The position numbers and the translations under genes are program-made. From positions 1 to 37,108 of the IMG/VR virus record IMGVR_UViG_3300025890_000007: DNA of 37,108 nucleotides; one strand, written 5' to 3'. Below are positions 26,482-33,832 of this stretch, piece after piece (the first letter of the stretch is position 1; each line of letters starts with the position of its first letter). The notes under the pieces were generated by a model. It saw only the letters and a program-made list of their open reading frames with translations, was not told the origin of the DNA and searched no databases. This DNA comes from a virus.

Positions 26482-26537
26482 GGTTTTACTGATTCAATTC
26501 TGATCAGTGATTAGTACCATATATATACGAGGACAAG

Positions 26538-26726
26538 ATGACTAAGCTCAAAAGCAAAATGATTGACAGAGTTGTAGAGGTATTGGCCAGCAATGATCCG
26601 GTACTCGAAAGCCTACGACAAAATGATCAGGACAAACTGGAAAGAATGATTTCAATGTATTCAGAGACAAAGCTTCTCGCAATGATCCCAGAAAACGAGC
26701 GGCAACACTACCAGAAATACATGTAA
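26538..26726 (+). CDS. Early hypothetical protein (62 aa)
   Basis: GAGGA lies 4 nt upstream of the ATG. It is the first ORF of the rightward block. Confidence 0.6.
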   Translation: MTKLKSKMIDRVVEVLASNDPVLESLRQNDQDKLERMISMYSETKLLAMIPENERQHYQKYM

Positions 26727-26733
26727 TTCAATC

Positions 26734-26755
26734 AGCCCAGGCAACTGGGCTTTCT
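26734..26755 (+). terminator. Hairpin after the first early gene (weak terminator or attenuator)
   Basis: AGCCCAG-gcaa-CTGGGCT is a perfect 7-bp stem, followed only by TTCT. Confidence 0.3.
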
Positions 26756-26777
26756 ACCTTATTAATAAGAGGAACAA

Positions 26778-26957
26778 ATGAAAACGAAACGAGATTGGAC
26801 AACGGTCCTGATTCCAACAGTCCTGATACCGTTGCTACTGCTCAATATGATCTTGATGGTAGCTAAAATTAAAACAGGGATAACCGAAGATGATCTGAAA
26901 AGATTGGAGATAGCCAAAAAGGAAAACAGGATCGTATTTTTCTGGGAGGAATTATGA
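26778..26957 (+). CDS. 59-aa single-TM early protein (not in the ORF track)
   Basis: AGAGGA SD. Hand translation gives MKTKRDWTTVLIPTVLIPLLLLNMILMVAKIKTGITEDDLKRLEIAKKENRIVFFWEEL. Its stop overlaps the next ATG (ATGA). Confidence 0.6.
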   Translation: MKTKRDWTTVLIPTVLIPLLLLNMILMVAKIKTGITEDDLKRLEIAKKENRIVFFWEEL

Positions 26958-27136
26958 AAATCATCATCGAACAAAAACAGGTCTACGGGAAGACCTTGTT
27001 CTATCCCGTTTGCCAAACTGCACAGATCTTTTCAGATCTGACCAGGACAAAAACACTAGACCGTTTCCAGCTACAGAAGATCAAGAGCCTTGGCTATTCC
27101 ATCGAACTGAAACAACCGGAGGTATCGTGGCAGTAG
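26954..27136 (+). CDS. Early hypothetical protein (60 aa)
   Basis: GGGAGGA SD, coupled to the upstream ORF. Confidence 0.6.
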   Translation: MKIIIEQKQVYGKTLFYPVCQTAQIFSDLTRTKTLDRFQLQKIKSLGYSIELKQPEVSWQ

Positions 27137-27345
27137 ATTTAACAAAAGAACCGAAGATTTATCTTTCCTTGGAACAGAGGAAACCAATCAGGGGAACAAT
27201 GCAGAAAGCTTTGTCTTCATTAAATACTGATGATGCCTGGGCTTATGCTAGTCAATGTTTTGCCAGAGAGTACCAGTACTACAAGAAAGCTCAGAGACTT
27301 GAGCGGACCTTGTTTGATTTTACTACTGACGATCAAATCATTTAA
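27127..27345 (+). CDS. Early hypothetical protein (about 72 aa)
   Basis: Same frame as track ORF 27010-27345. The start is placed at GTG 27127, 5 nt after GGAGG. The longer version would fully overlap the previous gene. Confidence 0.5.
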   Translation: MAVDLTKEPKIYLSLEQRKPIRGTMQKALSSLNTDDAWAYASQCFAREYQYYKKAQRLERTLFDFTTDDQII

Positions 27346-27354
27346 GAGGAACAA

Positions 27355-28056
27355 ATGAGTAAGCAACTAATCAAATTACTAGCAGAAACTGGAAACACGA
27401 AACTGGACAAGACCAGAACTGATCAGATCTTGATAGCCGGATTATCCCTTGCTCCTGCCATGGAATCAGGAACTGAACTTTGTCCTAGTCGATCAGAAGG
27501 TTGTACTTCCGTATGTCTATTTGACCAGGGAAGAGGAAAGTTTTCTAACGTGAGACAGGCAAGGATCAAGAAAGCTCAATTGTTTTTAGAGAACAGAAGA
27601 TTATTTCTAAGCACTCTTGAATCAGAGCTTGATGCTATTGAAAGGAAAGCAGAGAAACAAGGGAAAACTCCTTTTGTTCGGTTGAATGTTCTTTCTGATG
27701 TTGCCTGGGAACTAGTAGCACCAAGTCTATTTAAACGAAAGATCAGGTTTTACGATTACACAAAACGGTTTGATCGAATGAACCGATATCTAACAGGAAA
27801 GTTCCCTTGGAACTATGATTTGATCTTTTCAAGATCAGAGGAAAACGAGAGCTTCTGTCTAGATGTTTTGTCTTCCGGTGGTGTGGTCAACGTAGTCTGG
27901 AGAACAAGAGAGAGTATTCCTGATACCTGGTTTGGTTATCACGTGATTAAAGAACAAGACGACACAGATGTTTGGTGGCTAGGGAAAGTCTCACAAGTTG
28001 GCGGAGCATTTGCCAAGGGATCTGCAAAACTAGATCAAACTGGGTTTGTCTTATGA
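27355..28056 (+). CDS. GP88-family-like phage protein (unknown function)
   Basis: AGAGGA SD. NTKLDKT...LSLAPAMESGTELCPSRSEGCTSVCLFDQGRGKFSNV...VRLNVLSDV follows the N-terminal Cys-cluster pattern I recall for Pfam GP88. Confidence 0.45.
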   Translation: MSKQLIKLLAETGNTKLDKTRTDQILIAGLSLAPAMESGTELCPSRSEGCTSVCLFDQGRGKFSNVRQARIKKAQLFLENRRLFLSTLESELDAIERKAEKQGKTPFVRLNVLSDVAWELVAPSLFKRKIRFYDYTKRFDRMNRYLTGKFPWNYDLIFSRSEENESFCLDVLSSGGVVNVVWRTRESIPDTWFGYHVIKEQDDTDVWWLGKVSQVGGAFAKGSAKLDQTGFVL

Positions 28057-28232
28057 GGATCGTTTCAGTTTCCTGGAAAACAGGGAAATTCATTGTAACA
28101 GATCAAGGTATCGTGATTTGGTCCGGACCTCCGGAGTTATGGCATTTTCTACAAGAAGCCATCCATGGTGCTGGAATTCGTTTTACTGACCAAACTGCAA
28201 TGCAACAATATCTCCGAAACTTTCCAAACTAA
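28053..28232 (+). CDS. Early hypothetical protein (59 aa)
   Basis: ATG 28053 sits in an ATGA overlap with the upstream stop. Same frame as track ORF 27972-28232. Confidence 0.5.
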   Translation: MRIVSVSWKTGKFIVTDQGIVIWSGPPELWHFLQEAIHGAGIRFTDQTAMQQYLRNFPN

Positions 28233-28240
28233 CCAACTGA

Positions 28241-28262
28241 ACCCTCTTCGGAGGGTTTTTTC
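28241..28262 (+). terminator. Rho-independent terminator
   Basis: ACCCTC-ttcg-GAGGGT followed by a T run (28257-28261), 9 nt after the stop. Confidence 0.8.
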
Positions 28263-28274
28263 ATTTGAGGAACT

Positions 28275-28520
28275 ATGATCACTATATTTTCAGAAACTCA
28301 CAGGGAAACTTGTTTGTACAAATCAAGAACCATGGACCAAAACGTCTATAATCAACAGATCGAAAAGTATTTTCAGTTTGTCCAGGACAAGGCAAAAGCA
28401 AACGGTATCGAACTGGAAATCATTGACCAACAAAGCACTCATTCATTCAGAGCAGAAACAGATCAAGAATATGAATTCATTTTCTATGGAGTTCCTACTT
28501 TTTGGCAATGGATAAACTGA
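28275..28520 (+). CDS. Hypothetical protein (81 aa) bracketed by two terminators
   Basis: GAGGA SD 4 nt upstream of ATG 28275. Confidence 0.55.
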   Translation: MITIFSETHRETCLYKSRTMDQNVYNQQIEKYFQFVQDKAKANGIELEIIDQQSTHSFRAETDQEYEFIFYGVPTFWQWIN

Positions 28521-28534
28521 TCTGATACTAACCT

Positions 28535-28566
28535 GGGCAAGTTCTCCGGAGCTTGTCCTTTTTTTT
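28535..28566 (+). terminator. Rho-independent terminator
   Basis: GGGCAAG...CTTGTCC stem (one G:T pair) with an internal CTCCGGAG palindrome, followed by T8 (28559-28566). Confidence 0.8.
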
Positions 28567-28784
28567 GTGCTTTGTTCCTGGTATCTCCAGAAACTATCAC
28601 TCTTGACCTCTCAGATCTATCATCACGGACCTTTTCTAGTTCAATGCTAGTCCAGTATACCTTCGAAAAATATCCTGATCTGAACAGATCTATAAACAAT
28701 TGTAATTTTACTTGCTTTTCGTGGATTTGAACACGATTTGACTCGTTCAATCTTGTATTCCGTTTGCATTCGGTTTGATTCTGA

Positions 28785-28834
28785 TCCGCTCAGGACCGCA
28801 AAAATTCTCACTTCCGCTCAGGACCGCAAAAATT
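28785..28834 (+). repeat. Two perfect 22-bp direct repeats (TCCGCTCAGGACCGCAAAAATT), 28-bp period
   Basis: The copies are at 28785-28806 and 28813-28834. The second copy ends at the base before ATG 28835. Confidence 0.9.
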
Positions 28835-29179
28835 ATGGCTAAAAAACCTTTGATTGCTTCAACCGACTGTCTGCAGACCATGACCGATGAGGATTTCTTC
28901 GGAGACAAAAGTCCTGGGGAATGGTTACGTGGAATTAGAACAGAACTCGGATTCACTCAGCAGGAACTATCAGATATACTCGGTTATACAAATGTTGAAA
29001 TCAGTAAGTTTGAATCTGGAAACAGACAATTCTCACAAGTGTTTAAAGTGGCTATGCTCCTGATGAAGATCATGTACGATTCGGATGAACTGGAAAAACG
29101 GATCTTCGTTTCTCCACCACGGATGCACGATGCTTTGATCCAGGAAGCTACGGCTGATCGACCAAATGTGAGACTTTGA
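28835..29179 (+). CDS. XRE-family helix-turn-helix protein
   Basis: LRGIRTELGFTQQELSDILGYTNVEISKFESGNR is a classic XRE HTH. The start is taken as ATG 28835; the track start at 28775 is a TTG that reads through the repeats. Confidence 0.75.
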   Translation: MAKKPLIASTDCLQTMTDEDFFGDKSPGEWLRGIRTELGFTQQELSDILGYTNVEISKFESGNRQFSQVFKVAMLLMKIMYDSDELEKRIFVSPPRMHDALIQEATADRPNVRL

Positions 29180-29199
29180 TTTTTTTTGATCAAAAGTGA

Positions 29200-29229
29200 T
29201 TGACAGAAATCCGGTTTCCATGGTATCTT
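29200..29229 (+). promoter_or_regulatory. Strong sigma70-type promoter candidate with no downstream ORF
   Basis: TTGACA (29200-05), an 18-nt spacer ending in TGg (extended -10), then TATCTT (29224-29). It points toward the 3' end of the - strand helicase gene. Confidence 0.45.
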
Positions 29230-29434
29230 CCAGATCAGCACGGTTCGGAAAAAAGAACTTTACTTACTGTAGTACCGTATTAGTACTGTATAGAGAGTGA
29301 AAATTACCGGAAAAACACGGTAAAATTGCCTTATTGTCATTATCTTTGATGACATTTAATTTGGTCAAATCGCTAGAACCCTGATGTTTACTGGGTTTGC
29401 TTACTGTCTTCATGGCATTAACTGTCTAATGACA

Positions 29435-30766
29435 CTAATGACACTTAGCGATATAACCACGGGATGCTCGTTTCCCACCTAAGATCATCGACTCTTCAAT
29501 CAGTCCTGTTTCCAGTAACTGTAGTACCAGTTGCTCCCGATATCCCTTCGGTAGATGTGGTGTTGCTCTCGCTAAGTCTCGGTTACTGATTCCATCCGGT
29601 TTCTCGGCTATCTTCTGATAGATCTTGTTGATCCTCTGTTCATGTCTGGTTTCTCCCATTTCACCGGATGCTCGTTGACTTGCGTTCCGACACAGATAGT
29701 TCGTTAGTTCCACGGACCACTGCATGTGCTCTTCGGTGACATTCGGTAACTGATGCTGATACCCACTGATAGCGACCAGAAGTGCAGCTTTCCGACACAT
29801 GTCGTTTGCTCGTTTCCACAAGTCTCTAGCCTTGTTTACCGGATTCTGTGATTCTTCCTTCCAGTGCTTCTGTGCTTCCCGTAGTACCTCGTTTGCTGCT
29901 TCTGTAGCCGTAATCACCTGGGGCATTGGAATCGTTGCGTCTTCTCCCATCGAAACTCTCGGTAGAGAATACAGTCTCTTTAATTGCTGGACCATCGATT
30001 GATTCAAAACAGGTTCTTGTACGTTCTGCTCCTCCGGTGATTCATCACGGTTTTCAAAGATCCAGAATCGATTCAGAAATCCATTACTGATCAGATCCCC
30101 GTTCATCAGAGGCCAGAACTGTTCTGGAGTACTCGTTCCATAGATCGCAACATGTGGCTGATGTATGACTTTCCGTCCTCCATCGGTCTTTGTCCAACCG
30201 GATCTGTACGTTCCGTCAGAAAGACCATAGAGTTTCATCAATAGTTCCAGAATCCCAACGAGATACGGAGAACTACTACTTAACTGAGTTCGTTTCAGAA
30301 ACTTGCCGAATTCATCTAACAGAAAAAGTAATTGTGGCTGGTTACTGAGTTGATCGACTACTCCGGCATCACTACTGATTTCATCTCCAGCAATCACCGA
30401 ATCTGCTCCAGCAGCAACGAGATATCTATCGATCATTCTCCGACCATGTTCCTTTCCGGCAGCAGTCGGTGCTACAGAAAGACAATAGATATTTGCTCTC
30501 ATGCCAGACTGTGACTTGATCCGTTGTCCAACTAAAGAACTGATGATCACGGAGGCAGCAGAGATCGATAACAACTTCTGTCGTTTGTAGCCACTGTCAC
30601 AGATCATTTCAGCGAGTTCGCCTAAGAACCCTGGAGGATAGTCCAGTTCTGGAATCACTACTTCCACTTCTTCTGGAAAACTTTCCTCTTCTACCTCTGG
30701 TCTCTGAATTCCCTGTCTCTTCAAGAATTCGATTGCTCTTTGATCACGGAGATCGTTACTCGACAT
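29435..30766 (-). CDS. DUF3987-type replicative helicase/ATPase
   Basis: 443 aa. YPPGFLGELAEMI, a Walker A-like motif (SVAPTAAGKE) and a Walker B-like motif (LLFLLDEFG), with a C-terminal winged-helix-like tail. Confidence 0.7.
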   Translation of the reverse strand: MSSNDLRDQRAIEFLKRQGIQRPEVEEESFPEEVEVVIPELDYPPGFLGELAEMICDSGYKRQKLLSISAASVIISSLVGQRIKSQSGMRANIYCLSVAPTAAGKEHGRRMIDRYLVAAGADSVIAGDEISSDAGVVDQLSNQPQLLFLLDEFGKFLKRTQLSSSSPYLVGILELLMKLYGLSDGTYRSGWTKTDGGRKVIHQPHVAIYGTSTPEQFWPLMNGDLISNGFLNRFWIFENRDESPEEQNVQEPVLNQSMVQQLKRLYSLPRVSMGEDATIPMPQVITATEAANEVLREAQKHWKEESQNPVNKARDLWKRANDMCRKAALLVAISGYQHQLPNVTEEHMQWSVELTNYLCRNASQRASGEMGETRHEQRINKIYQKIAEKPDGISNRDLARATPHLPKGYREQLVLQLLETGLIEESMILGGKRASRGYIAKCH

Positions 30767-31125
30767 CGTGCCTTCCCTTTGTCAATAGGTTTTCGGATTA
30801 CTTCCAGTTCATCGATCTGAGAATCGTTGGTGTAGATATGACCTTCCATGGTGTCCAACAGTGCTTTCAGTCTCCCGTCTATATCAAAAGACCTACGATC
30901 ACCAGGAATCAGTTCTACGAGGATTCTGAGACGTTCTGTGGGGAAGGACGGGAGAAGAGTATCGGATGTTCCTGCATCGCTGAACTCCATGAGACCAACT
31001 AACGCTAGTTGATGAAATTCCCGTCCTTTTTTTGACATATAAACCGATCTACTACGGAAAGAACTCCGGTAGTAGGTGTTTACCGAGGGAGGAAAAGGTA
31101 GTTCAAAATTCAGGTTCATCGTCAT
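30721..31125 (-). CDS. rusA: RusA-family Holliday junction resolvase
   Basis: LPFPPSVNTYY...SKKGREF...DIDGRLKALLDTMEGHIYTNDSQIDEL matches the RusA motif pattern. Confidence 0.8.
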   Translation of the reverse strand: MTMNLNFELPFPPSVNTYYRSSFRSRSVYMSKKGREFHQLALVGLMEFSDAGTSDTLLPSFPTERLRILVELIPGDRRSFDIDGRLKALLDTMEGHIYTNDSQIDELEVIRKPIDKGKARCRVTISVIKEQSNS

Positions 31126-31516
31126 CAGTATCCGTCACCGGTACCTGTGACAGTTTCTCCTTGTACTTCAGCACTTCGATAAATCCGTTCTGATTCAATC
31201 CGAGTTCGACTGCTACGGTTCTGTTCAATAGATCATCGGTATTACTGAACGATCCTTCCAGACCACTACAACGGGCTACTCTTCCCAGTTTCTTCTGAGC
31301 ACTCTGACGAGTGGTTTCACTAGCATGACCAATGTTAAAATTGTCCCAGACATGTCCATGATCGTTCGCTAACTTCATGTTCAGCATCCAGCCACCGGAT
31401 TTCGTTGGTTTGCTACCGATGTATTGAATCTCGACCATATGTTCCCCTGGGGGCAACGGAGAGGTCTGAATCATTTCTTTTGGGTATTCGATTTCGATTG
31501 AAAATCCTAAGTCCAT
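31103..31516 (-). CDS. Phage ssDNA-binding protein candidate (DUF669-like) with an SSB-type acidic tail
   Basis: Start at ATG 31516, with AAGGAG 6 nt upstream. The C-terminus DTDDDEPEF resembles the DDDIPF tail of bacterial SSB. Confidence 0.55.
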   Translation of the reverse strand: MDLGFSIEIEYPKEMIQTSPLPPGEHMVEIQYIGSKPTKSGGWMLNMKLANDHGHVWDNFNIGHASETTRQSAQKKLGRVARCSGLEGSFSNTDDLLNRTVAVELGLNQNGFIEVLKYKEKLSQVPVTDTDDDEPEF

Positions 31517-31526
31517 AGATTTCTCC

Positions 31527-31646
31527 TTAGAGTTGATTGAACACTCTTGTCCAAAAGTTGAGTGCATTGATGATCGCTGGAGTCAATAGCAAGAAAGCTA
31601 AAGAAGCCAACGTGAGGAAAACAGAAAATCGAAGTGTTGCATCCAT
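31527..31646 (-). CDS. 39-aa single-TM micro-protein (not in the ORF track)
   Basis: GGAG lies 6 nt upstream. Hand translation gives MDATLRFSVFLTLASLAFLLLTPAIINALNFWTRVFNQL. Its stop lies within the SD of the next gene. Confidence 0.35.
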   Translation of the reverse strand: MDATLRFSVFLTLASLAFLLLTPAIINALNFWTRVFNQL

Positions 31647-31769
31647 TGCTACTCCATGTGTGGGAGACAGGGTCATCGTAGAGGTGAACTCGTATTGATT
31701 AACCAGTAATGAATTCGGACCATTTATTTAGGGAGGAAGGCCCACTGGCTATACCCTGTCTGATTCTGG

Positions 31770-32639
31770 TTACGGGTGATTCAGTGATCTGTAATAGTCT
31801 TTCAGATACACAGAGAGAGATTTCAAAATCTCTTTGGATTCATCCTCTCCCAATCGAAATTGCTTATCGGATTCCATGCTCGTATAAAACTTGTAGAAGG
31901 CTGGAACCAACCGAGAACTTAAAAAGTAATGACTGACCCGTGCTGTTTTATAAGTAAGATTGTTGGTAAGCCACCGATTGAAGTTCAGTTCCAGTGAATT
32001 AGTTGAAGTCAACGTGATGACGTTCTCGTATCGACTAAAAACTCTTTCCTTTGGTTCCCCAATGAGAACACAAGTCACTGTCACTGCTTTGACGTACTGA
32101 CTACGAATAAACCGTTTCTTTGTCCTTGGCATCTCTTCCATCAGTTCGATGATCTCATCTGTCACTACCGATTTAATCTGAGATGGTCCGATTCTCTTCC
32201 GTTGCATCACTCCTTCTTTTAACTGATAAATCCCATTGAGAATCGATACATGATCCGAGACGATATCAAGGTTGTCATTCAGTGTTCGCTTTGCTCCATT
32301 GTCCATCTGCTCAAAAGATTCTTCTGATAGATTCGATAGAAAATGAAACGGTAGCGTTACTCCTGCTTTGACCAGTGCAGATAACCGATGCTGTCCATTC
32401 AGTAACCGTCCTGACCGTGCAATCCGGATCGGATCTCCGTTGTCTACCCAATTCCCATTGATCATTTCATTCGCATAGTAATCGACTACGGTTTGTCGGA
32501 GTTTCCGGTTGTTCGTGTTTTTTACCAGTAAAGACTTTGCGTCACTTGGATCAATGTGTAATCGACAGTATCCATCTCTGGAAACCTTGCGAATTGTTGA
32601 TAGAAAATCATCTTCCACGAGTGATAGTTGTGGTAACAT
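31770..32639 (-). CDS. ParB/Srx N-terminal-domain (ParB-like nuclease domain) protein
   Basis: NNRKLRQTVVDYYANEMINGNWVDNGDPIRIARSGRLLNGQHRLSAL matches the ParB-N-like pattern (N-R...G-x-W...G-Q-H-R). Confidence 0.6.
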   Translation of the reverse strand: MLPQLSLVEDDFLSTIRKVSRDGYCRLHIDPSDAKSLLVKNTNNRKLRQTVVDYYANEMINGNWVDNGDPIRIARSGRLLNGQHRLSALVKAGVTLPFHFLSNLSEESFEQMDNGAKRTLNDNLDIVSDHVSILNGIYQLKEGVMQRKRIGPSQIKSVVTDEIIELMEEMPRTKKRFIRSQYVKAVTVTCVLIGEPKERVFSRYENVITLTSTNSLELNFNRWLTNNLTYKTARVSHYFLSSRLVPAFYKFYTSMESDKQFRLGEDESKEILKSLSVYLKDYYRSLNHP

Positions 32640-32858
32640 TCAGTCCTCTAGATTTCGTTGTTGGTCCCAATCGTTAAAAGCAATGACATAACGTTCTGCA
32701 GCTTCCAATAGATCCGAGGGAACGGTTTCCCTTCTGTCTTCCTGCAGTAATCGCAGATACACTTGCCAAGTCATCACGCTATATAAATTCTGAATCTCCT
32801 GGAGAGAGACTCCATACTTTCTTTCCATCAGCATGTCTTCCAGATATCCTTCGATCAT
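32640..32858 (-). CDS. Hypothetical protein (72 aa)
   Basis: It abuts the downstream gene with no gap and overlaps the upstream stop. Confidence 0.5.
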   Translation of the reverse strand: MIEGYLEDMLMERKYGVSLQEIQNLYSVMTWQVYLRLLQEDRRETVPSDLLEAAERYVIAFNDWDQQRNLED

Positions 32859-33139
32859 TTGATCCTCCGAACTGCCTCATCCCTGTGTTTCCAGAGAAGT
32901 CTCATTGCTTCTTCTTCTGTTTCGATCTTGTCTCCCAATTTAATACCCGTAGAAGGCTCTTCTCCATTTATCGAAACAAACCACTTCCTTCCGTATCCTT
33001 GGATCGCAGAACCAATGCTGTTTGGGCAATCTACTGAAAAAAGATGATGTTGGGTTCGACCACTGTTGAAGACCAGTGTCTTCATGTAATAATCGTCATC
33101 TGCATAGTGCAGAAAATAAGACATGTGGTTCTTCTTCAT
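32855..33139 (-). CDS. Hypothetical protein (94 aa)
   Basis: Translationally coupled on both sides. Confidence 0.5.
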   Translation of the reverse strand: MKKNHMSYFLHYADDDYYMKTLVFNSGRTQHHLFSVDCPNSIGSAIQGYGRKWFVSINGEEPSTGIKLGDKIETEEEAMRLLWKHRDEAVRRIK

Positions 33140-33594
33140 CGTTTCACTCCTGTCCTCGGCATCGGAGGACCAGCACTGATTGGCATACTGGCATTCCCAT
33201 CGTCATCCATGTCTCCAGCTAGACCCAGAATGCTCTGGTAGCAGTATCTTCGGGCATACGTGATTGCCGATCCGTCTCCCTGTGGATCATCTTTGTGTGT
33301 CGGTAACAAATACTCTGATACGATCCATTGACCTGATGAATGAGACAGTCTGGAGACCAGTTTAGAACTCGTTGGATGCTGCTGAAAAGAGAGTCCATGT
33401 TTAGCGAGTACCGGAGTTGCTGCTTTCAATAGTGCGGACAGCGAAGTAAAACTGTTTCTGAAATGGGGATTGGTTCCGTCCTTTTCTACGAGAGCACTCA
33501 TCTCCTCCTTGACCTTGGCGAGTGCCTTGTCGAGTTCCTGGGTATCCAGTGAAGTCGTTAAGTCTTCTGTGATCTTCAAAATGTTTTCACTCAT
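33136..33594 (-). CDS. erf: ERF-family ssDNA annealing protein
   Basis: NPHFRNSFTSLSALLKAATPVLAKHGLSF...SHSSGQW...GSAITYARRYCYQSILGLAGDMDDDGN follows the ERF superfamily pattern. Confidence 0.75.
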   Translation of the reverse strand: MSENILKITEDLTTSLDTQELDKALAKVKEEMSALVEKDGTNPHFRNSFTSLSALLKAATPVLAKHGLSFQQHPTSSKLVSRLSHSSGQWIVSEYLLPTHKDDPQGDGSAITYARRYCYQSILGLAGDMDDDGNASMPISAGPPMPRTGVKR

Positions 33595-33832
33595 ATCTTT
33601 CCTTTAGTAATCGGTGACAAAAAAGGAGAACGGAATTCGCTAGACGATAGTTTTTCAAATGAATCTGTGACTGAGCAATCTGGAAGGCTTCCAGTAGTTC
33701 GTCATCATCGAAATCTACTTCCGTATCCTCTGGTATTAACGAGAGATCAGAGGCTTTGAATGTCTCCATGACCATTTCCTCCATATAGTTCGGTCCTTTC
33801 ATCAGTGATTTTGCTTTGTCTAAACTGATCAT
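33587..33832 (-). CDS. Hypothetical acidic protein (81 aa)
   Basis: Coupled ORF between the zinc-ribbon protein and Erf genes. Confidence 0.5.
   Translation of the reverse strand: MISLDKAKSLMKGPNYMEEMVMETFKASDLSLIPEDTEVDFDDDELLEAFQIAQSQIHLKNYRLANSVLLFCHRLLKERYE

Noticed and set aside
26762-27016. An 84-aa - strand ORF in the early-right region.
   Set aside because: The same DNA encodes two + strand ORFs (26778-26957 and 26954-27136). Those have strong SD sequences and ATGA coupling, consistent with the flanking + strand genes.
28484-28956. Two - strand ORFs (28484-28750 and 28747-28956).
   Set aside because: They run antisense through a + strand gene end, a + strand terminator and the HTH gene start. 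They have no SD and no - strand operon context.
29304-29323. The hairpin TTACCG-N8-CGGTAA as the - strand terminator of the replication operon.
   Set aside because: The stem is only 6 bp with three GC pairs, and only four T follow it on the - strand. That is too weak to call a terminator, so it is kept only as part of the structured gap in the orphan-promoter finding.
31709-31936. A 75-aa + strand ORF preceded by GGGAGGAAGG.
   Set aside because: The purine run lies inside the ORF rather than upstream of its start. The ORF is antisense to the ParB-like gene end.
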